Assembly (NCBI GenBank): GCA_043780835.1
Contig: JAYWCB010000012.1
Location: 21,998-85,997, forward strand
DNA length: 64,000 nt
Direction: 5' to 3'
Origin: Minisyncoccota bacterium
GTDB taxonomy: Bacteria > Patescibacteriota > Minisyncoccia > Phycocordibacterales > UBA2100
Every line of letters starts with the position of its first letter. Position 1 is the first letter of the stretch. The translations under genes and the position numbers were made by a program. Shown in pieces: positions 10,650 through 21,500 of the stretch. A model generated the notes under the pieces. That model was not told where the DNA came from. It did not search any database and saw only the letters and a program-made list of their open reading frames with translations.

Positions 10650-10934
10650 CTAGTCTCCCTCGTGAAAATCAACCACTTCAACCTCTTGCGCTAATCCTTT
10701 TTGGATAAGCCAGGTAGCAAACTCTGCGTGCCGCACATCTCCAATCAGTGAATCCTCTCCGCTGGGCACTTCACTTTCGAATTGCTTTTTAGCCTCTTTC
10801 ACATCAAATTCTTTCTCTATCTGAACCAGCTTCTCACCATTTGCCTCTCCAAAATAACTACTTCTCAATAAAAGAATCTTGGTCTTACCGATCTTTTCTG
10901 CACTTTCGTGTTTTTTTGAAGGAAATTGTTCCAT
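10650..10934 (-). CDS. Hypothetical small protein
   Basis: 94-aa ORF in a tight minus-strand gene array; no recognisable motif. Confidence 0.35.
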   Translation of the reverse strand: MEQFPSKKHESAEKIGKTKILLLRSSYFGEANGEKLVQIEKEFDVKEAKKQFESEVPSGEDSLIGDVRHAEFATWLIQKGLAQEVEVVDFHEGD

Positions 10935-10948
10935 ATTTGAGCATTATA

Positions 10949-12436
10949 TCAGTCTTTAGGTCGCAGCAAGGGAAAAATCTGCGCCTCGTGTGCTGGGCGG
11001 TTTTCGAGGAACGAGAAGAGGCGCTCGGACAGGCCGAAGCCGAAGCTTGGTGGCATGCCGTATTCCATGGCGCGCACGTAATCTTCGTCCAATCGCTGCG
11101 CTTCGTCGTCACCTGCATCACGGAGTTTTTGTTGATCTTCAAAACGAGCTCGCTGATCCTGCGGATCGTTTAGTTCCGAAAATCCCTTTCCCATCTCAGA
11201 TCCTGCAAGTACCACCTGAAAGCGCTCCACGACGTCCGGCTGACCTGCAACACGCTTTGCGAGCGGCTCAAGATATACAGGCACGCCAACGAGGAATGCT
11301 GGCCCAGATACTGACTTGCGAATGAGCTTCCATAAACCATCTACCGCACGTGCTTTGTTTGGGGTATCACCAAACACCACGCCGGCAATCTTTGCCGCCT
11401 GTACCGCGTCTTCTTCGGTGCATGAAAGCGCATTGATGTCGTATTCTTTTTGAATGACGCTCACAAAATCGATGATGTCCCAATTGTCGGCGAGATCCAC
11501 AGTGTGAGTATTGATCTCAAACGTGTATTTTCCGTACACATTCTTTGCAATGGTTCGGTAGAGCTCCTGAATGAATACCATACCGTCGCGCATGTCTTTG
11601 TACGCTTCATACGATTCGAGCTGCGTGTAATCCTGTAAATGCTCGCGCGACTGGCCCTCGTTGCGAAAAATACGCCCGATTTCAAATACCTTCGGGTAAC
11701 CGGCCACTAAGAGTCGCTTGAGCCACAGTTCAAGGGAAATTCGAAGCGACACATCGATATCGAGTGCGTTGTGATGCGTTTCAAACGGGCGCGCATCTGC
11801 TCCTCCTGGCGTCGACTCAAGAATCGGAGTTTCAACTTCGAGGAACCCTCGGTCTATATAAAAATTTCGAATCGTTTGCCAAAACTTCGCACGTCGTATA
11901 AACATCGCGCGCACGTCTTCGTTGAGAAGCACATCCAGGTAGCGCTGACGCAATATGAGCTCTTCGTCTTTTAATCCGTACCAGCTGTCCGGAATCGGCA
12001 GGAGGGATTTTGCGGCCATGCGCCACGATTTTACTTTGACAGAGCGTGCGCCACGCTTTGTTGTATAAGCGGCACCGGTTACTTCGATAAAGTCGCCCGT
12101 ATCGACAGTCTGTTCGTAGAGTGCAAACAGTGCCTCGTCCATGTCATCTTTTTGGAGCACCGCTTGCACTCGCGCAGTGCCGTCGTCGATATCGGCGAAC
12201 ATAATTCCTCCCTGACCGCGCGACGCCATTACGCGACCTACGAGCGTCACAGGCTCCGCATTCGATTCCCTTTCCGCAAATATTTCTATAAAGAGCGCAA
12301 TTGTTGCAGTCGGTTCTACTTTTGAAGGATACGGATCCATTCCCACGCTTTTCAAGCGGTCTATTTTTTTGAGCCTGTCGGCCCGGATATCCGCCTCGGA
12401 CATGAGCGGCATCATACCATGCGTCATTTGATGCAC
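10949..12436 (-). CDS. lysS: Lysyl-tRNA synthetase, class II (probable true start at an internal Met near 12403, MSEADIRADRL)
   Basis: N-terminal OB anticodon-binding region; class II motif 2 FRNEGQSREHLQDYTQLE; motif 3 region near the C-terminus. Confidence 0.9.
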   Translation of the reverse strand: MHQMTHGMMPLMSEADIRADRLKKIDRLKSVGMDPYPSKVEPTATIALFIEIFAERESNAEPVTLVGRVMASRGQGGIMFADIDDGTARVQAVLQKDDMDEALFALYEQTVDTGDFIEVTGAAYTTKRGARSVKVKSWRMAAKSLLPIPDSWYGLKDEELILRQRYLDVLLNEDVRAMFIRRAKFWQTIRNFYIDRGFLEVETPILESTPGGADARPFETHHNALDIDVSLRISLELWLKRLLVAGYPKVFEIGRIFRNEGQSREHLQDYTQLESYEAYKDMRDGMVFIQELYRTIAKNVYGKYTFEINTHTVDLADNWDIIDFVSVIQKEYDINALSCTEEDAVQAAKIAGVVFGDTPNKARAVDGLWKLIRKSVSGPAFLVGVPVYLEPLAKRVAGQPDVVERFQVVLAGSEMGKGFSELNDPQDQRARFEDQQKLRDAGDDEAQRLDEDYVRAMEYGMPPSFGFGLSERLFSFLENRPAHEAQIFPLLRPKD

Positions 12437-12465
12437 TTGAGAATTGAGAGCCGTGGACGTAGCGA

Positions 12466-13215
12466 ATGAGTCGTGTCATGCTGCATCGCAACGATATGTT
12501 ACTTGCACTCATAGCTGTTGCCACCGCTACATCGACAATGCTCGGTGGTGCGTTCGCCCTGCGTTACAGCGATAAATTGCATCTTATTCTCGGTTTTAGT
12601 GCCGGTGCGGTTATCGGAGTTGCATTTTTTGATCTGTTGCCGGAGGCGGTTGAACTGTCCAACGGCACGTTCAGCACATCGTATGTTACGTCGATTGTAG
12701 CGTTCGCGTTTTTGTTTTATTTGTTTCTCGATCGCTTTGTTGTGCTCCACTCGCATGCAGTCGACTCGACGGAACACGCACAGCGAGGCATTCTTGGCGC
12801 GGGCTCCCTATCCATACACAGTTTTCTTGATGGAATCGGCATCGGCTTCGCGTTCCAAGTATCTCCTGCTGTCGGCGCAATCGTCGCAATTGCCGTGCTC
12901 ACGCACGATTTTTCAGACGGACTCAATACGGTCAATATGATACTAAAAAATGGCGGCACGAAGGCAAACGCGTTTCGCTGGCTTATAGTTGATGCTATCG
13001 CGCCAATTGTAGGCATTATTGCGACACTGTTTTTTACGGTCTCGCAATCAACGCTCTCAATAATTCTTGCCGCATTCTGTGGCTTTTTCCTTTATATTGG
13101 TGCGTCAGATCTGCTTCCGGAAAGCCACCATCAACATCCCACTATTTGGACCAGCGTTCTGACAGCGGGCGGAATCTTTGTAATGTATGCCGCGATAAGG
13201 TTGGCACACTTTTAA
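12466..13215 (+). CDS. ZIP family metal cation transporter (ZupT-like)
   Basis: Multi-TM protein; HSFLDGIGIGFAF and LTHDFSDGLN resemble ZIP signature helices. Confidence 0.75.
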   Translation: MSRVMLHRNDMLLALIAVATATSTMLGGAFALRYSDKLHLILGFSAGAVIGVAFFDLLPEAVELSNGTFSTSYVTSIVAFAFLFYLFLDRFVVLHSHAVDSTEHAQRGILGAGSLSIHSFLDGIGIGFAFQVSPAVGAIVAIAVLTHDFSDGLNTVNMILKNGGTKANAFRWLIVDAIAPIVGIIATLFFTVSQSTLSIILAAFCGFFLYIGASDLLPESHHQHPTIWTSVLTAGGIFVMYAAIRLAHF

Positions 13216-13809
13216 CTACCAAATAACACCTGTTTTGCCGGCTGCGAATCGCGCACCGAGCCACGTGGCGATCAAGCTCGAGAACAGTATGAGCACCCAC
13301 GCGCCGCCTATAAATGCCTGCATATTCCATATGCGTTCTTCCGTTTCCCGCATATTGCGTCCGGAAAGCACGTAGCCGTCGGTTTTTATGATGTGAACAA
13401 CAACAAGAGCGGAACGAATGTCTGTGCCGGGTTGCCAAGAAACACGATTTTCCCCGGAACCGTCTCGGGATGCTTTTGCATTTTCAAATACACCTTTCGG
13501 CGGCACGGGCGCTTTGTTTTCGAGTACACCGGTCCATACAATTGGATTTAAATCTTTGTCGTACACAACCGTGTACGGGCGCAAGCTTGTCGCAATATCA
13601 ATTTTGGAACTCGACGCAAAAAGCTGTGCGGGTTTTACACCATTTTCGATGGCCGCGGCAGTATCTTCGGCAATTTGTACTTGCGGGTCATTCAATGATT
13701 GACGATACAACTGCTGAACCGTTCCAAACGAGACCGCGCACAGGCCCGTTATGACAATCGCTATGGGCAACCAGATACGAAGAAACCAATCCATGGATTC
13801 AGAATACAC
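13216..13809 (-). CDS. Hypothetical membrane protein (TM segments at both ends)
   Basis: 197-aa ORF with hydrophobic N- and C-termini. Confidence 0.45.
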   Translation of the reverse strand: MYSESMDWFLRIWLPIAIVITGLCAVSFGTVQQLYRQSLNDPQVQIAEDTAAAIENGVKPAQLFASSSKIDIATSLRPYTVVYDKDLNPIVWTGVLENKAPVPPKGVFENAKASRDGSGENRVSWQPGTDIRSALVVVHIIKTDGYVLSGRNMRETEERIWNMQAFIGGAWVLILFSSLIATWLGARFAAGKTGVIW

Positions 13810-13823
13810 CGCGGGAGAGGAGT

Positions 13824-14738
13824 TTACACAACCTTCTTTGCAGGGTCGAATAAGAGCTTCAAAATAGCCATACGAATCATGACCCCGTATCCTACTTGTT
13901 TGAAATACACAGCGTGGGGCGAATCATCAACCTCCGGAGTTATTTCGCCGACACGCGGCAACGGATGGATGATAATGGCACCGTCTTTCATTGAATCAGC
14001 GAGTGGCTTGTCGATCACGTATTGTCCTCGTGTTCGCTCGTATGAAGACGGAGAAAGCCGTTCTTTCTGTATTCGCGTTTGGTAAATCACGTCGGCATTT
14101 TTCATGGCATCGGAAAGAGAATCTGTTTCCAGATAGGTGACTCCGTTTTCAAGAAGATATGATTTCAATTCATCCGTCATCGTGAGTTCGGGCATCGATA
14201 CTCCCGTTATCGTAACGTTTTTGAACTTACTGAGAAGATATGACAGCGAACGGGCTGACCGGTAGTATCGCAAATCGCCAATAATGGCTACGTGCGCGCC
14301 GTCGATGCGCCCGAATTCGCGCTCTATCGTGTAAAGATCAAGCAGTGCCTGTGTGGGATGCTGCCCTGAACCGTCACCGGCATTGATGATCGGCACTTGC
14401 GAAACTGCGGCCGCGCGCTCGGCGGTGCCAATCTCAGGATGACGTATCACAATAGCGTCGGCATAGTTTTTGAGCACGCGAATCGTATCTTCGAGCGTCT
14501 CACCTTTTACGGCACTGGACATTTCGTTGGCATTCTCAGCGGTGATGACATGCCCGCCAAGACGAAACATTGCTGATTCAAACGAAAACCGCGTACGCGT
14601 GCTCGGTTCGTAAAACAGGGTCGCAAGAATCCTGCCGTGCAATGAATCATCGCGGTGACCTTCCATTGCCGTCGCGAGCTCAAAAAGATCTTTCAACGCG
14701 GCGCGATCGAACTGCTGGGTTTCGAGCAAGTGATGCAT
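13824..14738 (-). CDS. pyrB: Aspartate carbamoyltransferase catalytic subunit
   Basis: STRTRFSFE carbamoyl-phosphate binding, HPTQ, and HPLPRV (ATCase-type rather than the OTCase HCLP). Confidence 0.85.
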   Translation of the reverse strand: MHHLLETQQFDRAALKDLFELATAMEGHRDDSLHGRILATLFYEPSTRTRFSFESAMFRLGGHVITAENANEMSSAVKGETLEDTIRVLKNYADAIVIRHPEIGTAERAAAVSQVPIINAGDGSGQHPTQALLDLYTIEREFGRIDGAHVAIIGDLRYYRSARSLSYLLSKFKNVTITGVSMPELTMTDELKSYLLENGVTYLETDSLSDAMKNADVIYQTRIQKERLSPSSYERTRGQYVIDKPLADSMKDGAIIIHPLPRVGEITPEVDDSPHAVYFKQVGYGVMIRMAILKLLFDPAKKVV

Positions 14739-14768
14739 CGTCCAGATTATATACCTCTTTTAAGGACG

Positions 14769-15494
14769 TTATCGGACAGAAAGCACGCTGCTACCAAGGC
14801 GCAGCCAGGATACGATGTGCGCAAAGAGTCCCCTTTTTTGTGGCGCTCCTGTGTTTGGAATCTTTGGAAGCGAAACTGTTCCGACGCGATCCGCTTCGAG
14901 TATGCGGGTTCGGTTATTAAACGTTCCGAAGGCCTTTATAGTTTCTCCAGGCAATAGATCAGCTGCAGCCACCCGATTTCCGTCCTGAGTAATAATTGTG
15001 CCTTGACTGAGTGCGATGGTGGAGGTTCCCGATTCAGTTTGCACCATGAATTCGGATGCCGTACTGCTCAGGAGAGTTCCGTCAAGGATGGTCGCTGCCT
15101 GCACAACACTCTCATTTCGTAGCATATATGCATCAACTGTCGTTTTTTCAGCAAAGGTATTCAATTGTCCAGAAAAGCCGACAGTCTCTCCGATGTGTAT
15201 AAATTCCTTCAGCGGATGCTTTTCAGTGGCGGGAGAAAAACGAGTGCTCCCGGATACGCTTATCTTCCACTGGATCGTAGAAGCTCCCCATGTGGACCGT
15301 GCAATTATTTCTGAATCGGTGACTTCAATGACACGCGCTCCGTGCACGACAGTTTGTCCGTTACCGGCTATTGAAATACCGCCAATAACGTCGGCATTTG
15401 CAGTCAATACCGACATAAAATAAATCATTCCGATGGCCGCTCCGACTCCGAATGCAATAGCGTGCTTAATTTTGTAGGAACGAAATAAATACAT
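14769..15494 (-). CDS. Hypothetical secreted protein with a C-terminal sorting-signal-like tail (IPNTG, hydrophobic stretch, terminal Arg)
   Basis: N-terminal signal peptide; the C-terminus reads LPKIPNTGAPQKRGLFAHIVSWLRLGSSVLSVR. Confidence 0.45.
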   Translation of the reverse strand: MYLFRSYKIKHAIAFGVGAAIGMIYFMSVLTANADVIGGISIAGNGQTVVHGARVIEVTDSEIIARSTWGASTIQWKISVSGSTRFSPATEKHPLKEFIHIGETVGFSGQLNTFAEKTTVDAYMLRNESVVQAATILDGTLLSSTASEFMVQTESGTSTIALSQGTIITQDGNRVAAADLLPGETIKAFGTFNNRTRILEADRVGTVSLPKIPNTGAPQKRGLFAHIVSWLRLGSSVLSVR

Positions 15495-15708
15495 ACAGCG
15501 GCGTTATACCTGTTAAGACGAACGAGACACTTTGGAATCTCACTTTAGAGTTTCAATTCGTAAATAAATAAATGAATCAAATGAGTCACCAACATAAAAA
15601 TGCGACCACGACACGTGCTATGCCGAGGTCGCATAATGGCCCCTATTCACTGAAGGTGCCGTGAAGGCACTTCATGGAGCATGCCTATGGAGAAGAACGA
15701 TGCTGTAT

Positions 15709-16059
15709 TCAAGGGCGCCGTCGCCTGATGGTGATTCCCGGAACTCCGGACGGCAAAACCGACGGTTTACGGATGGTGACGGAAATCTCGTTCAGACGCT
15801 CGTCCATGAGAATTCGCTCAGCAATCCGGCTCGCGAGGCGTTCAATAAGGTAATACGATTCTCCCTGGATAACCTCAACGGCAATATCTCGCAAACGCAC
15901 CTAATCAAGCGTGTCATCCACGTTATCGGTGAGCGCGGCATGTTCCGTATCAAACACCGCCTCGATATCAAGAATGAATTCTTGCTCAACATGGCGTTCG
16001 CGCTCGAGCACACCGTGCTTGCCGTGAATCGACAACCCGTTGAGGAAAATCGTATCCAT
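15709..16059 (-). pseudogene. folB: Dihydroneopterin aldolase (FolB-like) reading frame interrupted by an in-frame TAG at 15901..15903, replacing the conserved catalytic Tyr codon
   Basis: Minus-strand translation from ATG 16059 reads MDTIFLNGLSIHGKHGVLERERHVEQEFILDIEAVFDTEHAALTDNVDDTLD, then the stop, then VRLRDIAVEVIQGESYYLIERLASRIAERILMDERLNEISVTIRKPSVLPSGVPGITIRRRRP. This is 116 codons in a single frame and aligns to FolB from end to end. Confidence 0.7.
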
Positions 16060-16064
16060 AAAAC

Positions 16065-17369
16065 CTACAGTGCGAATTGGCCTTTTTTGTAGATCACGAC
16101 CTGTTTGCCGTTCTTGAGATGCGCCGTTACCGTACGATCGGTCGTTGAAATCATGTCTGTATGTACCGAGGAATCGTTAAAGCCAAGTTTTTGTGCTTCT
16201 TTAGTCGAAAGCTTGCTCACATCTCCAGCGTACGTGTCGCGATAGGACATACCGACCGCAATATGAGAATTCCCAAATGGACCGCCCATGTTTTCGTCGA
16301 ACAGCGTTTCCGCCATAAATTTTGTGATGCGCGAGTGCCGCTTATCGGTGAGTGAGTATTCCCCCACCTTATTGGCATCTTTTGTAGCAATCATTTCTTG
16401 CAACAGCTTTTCATTTTTGGTGGCCGTTGCCTTTACGCACAAGCCGTCTTTGAACCAGAGCTGAATGCCTTCTACCTTGCTGCCGTAACGATAGAGCGGT
16501 TGATTGAATCGGATCCACCCGTTGGTGCCGCGCCAGTCCGGTGATGTAAATATCTCAAACGAAGGAATATTGCGTCCTGAACCAGCCAACCACGACCGTT
16601 TTTCGCCCAAAGTAATCCATAGATCCATGTCCTCTCCAACGGCATGCAGTTTGTCGATCTGCGGTGAAAGCTTGTTGAGTTTGGAGCGGAAGGTGTCGAT
16701 CTCTTTATACACTTCTTTCCACTTTTTGATCGGATCTTTTTCGTCAAGGAAACAGGCCTTCACGATCTGATTCCAATACTTTTTTTCCGAAAGTCCGGCT
16801 TCCTTTGCCATTGCCGGTGTTCCGTAGAGACAGATGGTCCAGGTAAATTTATTGTTCCATTCTTTTTGGTTGAGCCAATCCTTATACGGCTTCATCGCTA
16901 CACCTCGGCGCATAATCTTTTTCGGATCAACGCCTTTCAGTGCATGCGGATCGGCATCCGAGAACACATAGAGCGAATGATCGATTTGCTCGGCGATTCC
17001 TTTCAAGTATTTTGCCGGAAAAAAGTCGAGCTGGTGATCTTTGGCATTATCGTAAAAATACCGCGTAAAACTTTCCGCGCGGCGTTTATCGCCCTGTTCA
17101 TCGTCCGGTGAATAATTAGAAATAACGTGCCCGCCACTTTTTACGATTGCATTGCAAATTGCGGTAAAAAGTGGTTTGCCGCTTTCGGTGCCCGAAACCC
17201 GAACAACCTCTCCTTTTTTAATTCCTTTGCCGCCTCCAAGCGCAAAATTAACCATTACGTCGGCGTATTTTTCTAAAATTTCTTTTGGTGGTGTATATGA
17301 CATCAGGTGAGCGTACTTGCTCACGATGCATTTGTCTAGAAAATGCCTATGAACTGAATTCGTCAGCAA
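16065..17369 (-). CDS. Aminopeptidase, probably M29 (AmpS/PepS-like) family. Alternative start at 17303 (MSYTPPKE)
   Basis: About 410-434 aa. EKYADVMVNFALGGGKGIKKGEVVRV resembles M29 aminopeptidases. Lies 5 nt upstream of folB. Confidence 0.55.
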   Translation of the reverse strand: MLTNSVHRHFLDKCIVSKYAHLMSYTPPKEILEKYADVMVNFALGGGKGIKKGEVVRVSGTESGKPLFTAICNAIVKSGGHVISNYSPDDEQGDKRRAESFTRYFYDNAKDHQLDFFPAKYLKGIAEQIDHSLYVFSDADPHALKGVDPKKIMRRGVAMKPYKDWLNQKEWNNKFTWTICLYGTPAMAKEAGLSEKKYWNQIVKACFLDEKDPIKKWKEVYKEIDTFRSKLNKLSPQIDKLHAVGEDMDLWITLGEKRSWLAGSGRNIPSFEIFTSPDWRGTNGWIRFNQPLYRYGSKVEGIQLWFKDGLCVKATATKNEKLLQEMIATKDANKVGEYSLTDKRHSRITKFMAETLFDENMGGPFGNSHIAVGMSYRDTYAGDVSKLSTKEAQKLGFNDSSVHTDMISTTDRTVTAHLKNGKQVVIYKKGQFAL

Positions 17370-18018
17370 AGAATGAGTACATTTGGTGTATCAGTTGTAT
17401 TCGGTTTTCAGGCGTGAGTGACGACGTGTTAATTTCTTTTGCAATACGCGCATCAAAGCGCGAGCGTATATCAGATCGGATTCCCGCCATACCCGCATAC
17501 CAGGGGTACGTGACGGTGGTTTTACCAGAAACATATGCTTCTCCGATCACGGGTACTGACATTTGTACCAGCTTGAAGATAATTCCACGCTTGAGATATG
17601 TCACTCGCACATGCGAATCGGACGCTTCAATTGCTTGCAGATTGCCATCGTTTTGCAATAGGTGACCTATATATTCACTCACATCTATATCGGTTTGAAT
17701 GGATCCATGAACGAGCGAATCAGTTGGTATCGTTGTGCTTGCTTTGTTCGTCATAGAACGCGCATGAACAACCGAAAAATCGGGGTTTACTTTGTTACTT
17801 ATATACGCTGATTGCGCTGCAACCGGAGCACTCGGCGAGCTTTTGTCTCCTAATATACTTTGAACCATGTGACTCAGTCCTGTGCCGAGACCACCGACAT
17901 GAACCGCCGCGCTCGTTGTAGCTGAAGCCGTCACGGCACTATCCGCAGATACCGAAGTTACAGAAATAGCAACGAATATAATTGAAAAAAATCCAGCTAT
18001 GACGGTTCGTTTTCTCAT
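17347..18018 (-). CDS. Hypothetical secreted protein
   Basis: Signal peptide MRKRTVIAGFFSIIFVAISVTSVSA; Ser/Thr/Ala-rich. Confidence 0.45.
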   Translation of the reverse strand: MRKRTVIAGFFSIIFVAISVTSVSADSAVTASATTSAAVHVGGLGTGLSHMVQSILGDKSSPSAPVAAQSAYISNKVNPDFSVVHARSMTNKASTTIPTDSLVHGSIQTDIDVSEYIGHLLQNDGNLQAIEASDSHVRVTYLKRGIIFKLVQMSVPVIGEAYVSGKTTVTYPWYAGMAGIRSDIRSRFDARIAKEINTSSLTPENRIQLIHQMYSFFADEFSS

Positions 18019-18136
18019 ATGTGCAAGTATACCCTGAAGGGCTATTAATTACTCCCAGCCTCTCAGTAGAGTCCCGTGGACTCGTCGATTGAAAGTTAAA
18101 GAGCTACCGTAGAGACGGTAGGAACTGGTGTTTCTT

Positions 18137-18427
18137 TCAAAGAGCTAAGAGATCGAGACTCCAGGAATCAACAGCGGCATACAGTGGAGAAGCATTATTT
18201 ATAGCCGTAATTACATCTGCGTAGGTGGCTTCGTCGCATGCAAATTCAATGCGCTCCTCATCCACTACCTGGAGCGCATCGCTGTAGCCGGCAGCGGAAT
18301 GATTCGTCGTTGCGGAATAGTTTCCAATTCGGCCTGCTCCCGATAGCGCGATCGCATCTTTTACAACGTGGGCTTCAGGTGCCGAAACATATACAACTAC
18401 TTTTCTCATGTGCGCGAATTCTTTCAT
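18137..18427 (-). CDS. Small hypothetical protein, possibly NIF3 C-terminal-like fold
   Basis: 96 aa. GRIGNYSATTNHSAAGYSD...VDEERIEFACDE resembles the C-terminal lobe of NIF3/YqfO proteins; weak. Confidence 0.35.
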   Translation of the reverse strand: MKEFAHMRKVVVYVSAPEAHVVKDAIALSGAGRIGNYSATTNHSAAGYSDALQVVDEERIEFACDEATYADVITAINNASPLYAAVDSWSLDLLAL

Positions 18428-18531
18428 TTCGTAACGAAGATTTGATGAAGAAAGTACTTTCTAAAATTATTCATGCAAGTGAGATGCAACCAATAAGGAT
18501 TGGCAGCCGGTATGAAGAGAAAAGTACTGAT

Positions 18532-21500
18532 CTACTCCCTTGTTACACCTTCGGGGAGTTTGCCCGGCCAACGAAAGACAAGCACAGGCACTAGAACAAG
18601 CGTCAGAATCATAGCAAACGTCAGTCCGAACAGGATTGATAGTGCAAGCGGACCAAATAATCCTGCAGCGAATGCAAGCGGAATCATACCGATAACGGTG
18701 GTGAGCGTCGTCAGTATGATCGGACGCAATCGTGTGGTTGCGGCTTCCGTGACGATATCAGCAAATGTTTTACCATGGCCATCAGCAAGTCGCTTGATGA
18801 TTGCATCCATGAGAATGATGGCGTGGTTAATGATCACGCCAGCGAGTGCGATGAGTCCCATCATTGATGGAAACGACAACGGTTGAAATGTGATCGTAAG
18901 ACCAAAGAAGACACCGATCAGAGAAAGCGGCACGATCGATATGAGATAGATCGTAAAGCGTATTGAATTAAACGAAAGGACTAAGATCCCGAAGGTCAGC
19001 ACCAATCCCGCAATAAGCGCATACCCCATTTCAGCAAAGGATTTGTTCGTCTCCTCGTTCTCACCGCCGACTTTTTCGCTGATGCCTGTAGGGAGTTTAT
19101 CCGTTGGGTATTTCTTGTGGAAAGCACTGAGCACCTCAGTAGAGGTATAGCCGGGCAATACATCACTCGCGAGCGTCATAATACGCTCTCTGCTCTCGTG
19201 CGAGATCGCTGCGCTACTTTGAGATACACCCTCGGTAATGACGGATCCGAGCAATACCAATGTGCCGTTCGGTGTAACCAGCGGAATTTGTCGGAGGCTA
19301 TCGATCGTGGTGTGATTTGCATCATGCGGATCGGTGTAGGTGGGATTCAATTTGAGCGATACGACGATCTCTACGTCCTTATCCCCGCCCGTGAGCTTTG
19401 TTGCAGTCGCGCCAGAAACAGACGTGCGCAAGGTTGAAGCAATGGTTGCGGGCGAAAGGCCGAGCGCCGCCAGTTTCCCGCGATCAATCGAAAGAGTGTA
19501 CTGAATTCCGTCGAATTTATTCGAAGAATCGACCGCTGTCGCTCCCGGGGTTTGTTCAAGTACTAAACGAGCGTCGGAAATTGTTTTATTGAGTGCGGCC
19601 TGATCCTTACCGAGATATTTTACGAGAACGGCTGCGCCCACCGGTGGTCCTCCCGACGGCTCTCCGGCGATCACGTCTGCATCGTGGATGTCAGCCAATT
19701 TTGCCTTCACGTGCGTTAAAAGCTGCGAAGACGTTTTCTTATGACCCTTTATAAGATTGATAGTGATATTCGCGAAACGCGGATCTGCTGAAAGCCCCAT
19801 GCCGGACGTATCCGAAAACTGACTTTGCGAACCAACGGTCGTTACCAGCGACTCGACTTGCTCCATGCCGTAAAGTTTCTCTTCAACCTCTCGTGCTGCA
19901 AGATCAGTGCGATTCAGATCAGTGCCGGATGGCTCTTCGATATTTACAAAGAGAATGTCTCCATCCGCACCAGGGAAAAAGCTTACCTTCATGAGTCCGA
20001 GGATCGGAAGCAAGATCGCAATCACAAAACCGATCACCATTGCCGACAAAAAATAATTCTGCAGCTTTCGATGATGCAAGAACGTACGCAGATGCTTGGC
20101 ATACCACTCTCTTGCACGTTCAGCGTATACGTCCTGCCGTTTTGCAAGCTCACTTTCGTGCCCTCCTTCAAACATGTTTGCGATCGTCGGCACGAGCCCG
20201 AGCGCAACGAATATCGATGCGAGGAGTACAAAGATGATCGTAAAAGGAATGGATGCAATGAATTTACCTACGATTCCCGAAATGAAAAACAGCGGAAAGA
20301 AAAAAGCAACCGTAGCCATCGTACCGCCGATCAGCGGCCATGCGTATTCGTGCAGCGATTCGATCGCAGCGCGCTGCTTGTCACCATGAAGACGCCTCCG
20401 CGTATGAATGGCTTCCACCATTACGATACCCGCATCGATGAGAATTCCGATCGCGAGGATAAGCGAAAACAACGACACGATGTTAAACGTATTACCGCTG
20501 TACAACAATCCAACGAACGCAATAAAAAACGAGAGTGGAATCGAGAGACCCGCCACAAGCGCCTCGCGCCAGCCGATGGTCGCAAATAGTACCAACATGA
20601 TGAGTGCCACGGTCTCAAGTCCCGTCCGAGTAAGTTCACGAATGTTCTTCGACACATCATCTGCCGCATCGAATGAAATAACGACATCGCTGCCGTCGAG
20701 CATTTGTCCCTGCTTCTGAAGCGCGATGAGGCGCTGCTTAACGGCTGCCGTCACAGCGGTAATATCGTCTCCCCTCACTTTGTGAATTGCAAGAGTCATC
20801 GCTTGTTGAGATGGCTTGTTCTGTATTGAGATACGTGAATACGAACTCGCTTTCGTGACACCGTCGGAAACGTCCGCGATATCACGCAGGTACACGACTT
20901 GACCTCCGACGTTGAGAATTGCTATGCCGCCGATATCGGCTACGTCGTCCAGACTGCCCTTAAAATCGATCGCATACGAAATGTCGGCGACAGTGATCGA
21001 GCCCACTGGAATTGACGCATTGGCGGCGGATATCGCCGAGACCACTTGCGGCAATGTAATCCCAAGCCGCGCAAGCTCCTCCTTTCGGACGACGACCTGG
21101 ATCTCCCGGTCGCGCACACCCAACACGTCGACTTTGTTAACTCCCTTCACCGTTTGCAGGTCGTTTTTGAGACCGTTGCCAAGTTTCGCAAACTCCGCCG
21201 GCGCCACATCCGAAGAAATAGAAATAAGCTGGATCGGTTGATCCGAAAAATTTACGTCGCTCACCACGGGCGCTTTCGCTTCGACGGGCAGGTCCGGCAC
21301 GGCCTTATCGACCTCATCTTTGAGTTTCTGAATTGATTGGTTGAGATCGGCGTTCGACTTGAATTTCACAACCACCATGGAGAGGCTCTCGTAAGAAGTC
21401 GATGTAAGCGTATCGAGATTGGGAAGGTTTGAGAGATGCTCCTCTATCTTATTGGTGACCAGTCGCTCAACATCTTCCGGCGAGGCACCAGGCAATACGA

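Noticed and set aside
15661-16092. 143-aa plus-strand ORF covering the folB locus
   Set aside because: It is antisense to a frame that aligns end-to-end with dihydroneopterin aldolase. It has no recognisable motifs and merely exists because the sense strand is coding.
19825-20589. 254-aa plus-strand ORF inside the RND transporter gene
   Set aside because: Arg/Lys/Glu/His-rich low-complexity translation on the strand opposite a well-supported 1038-aa RND permease; antisense artefact.
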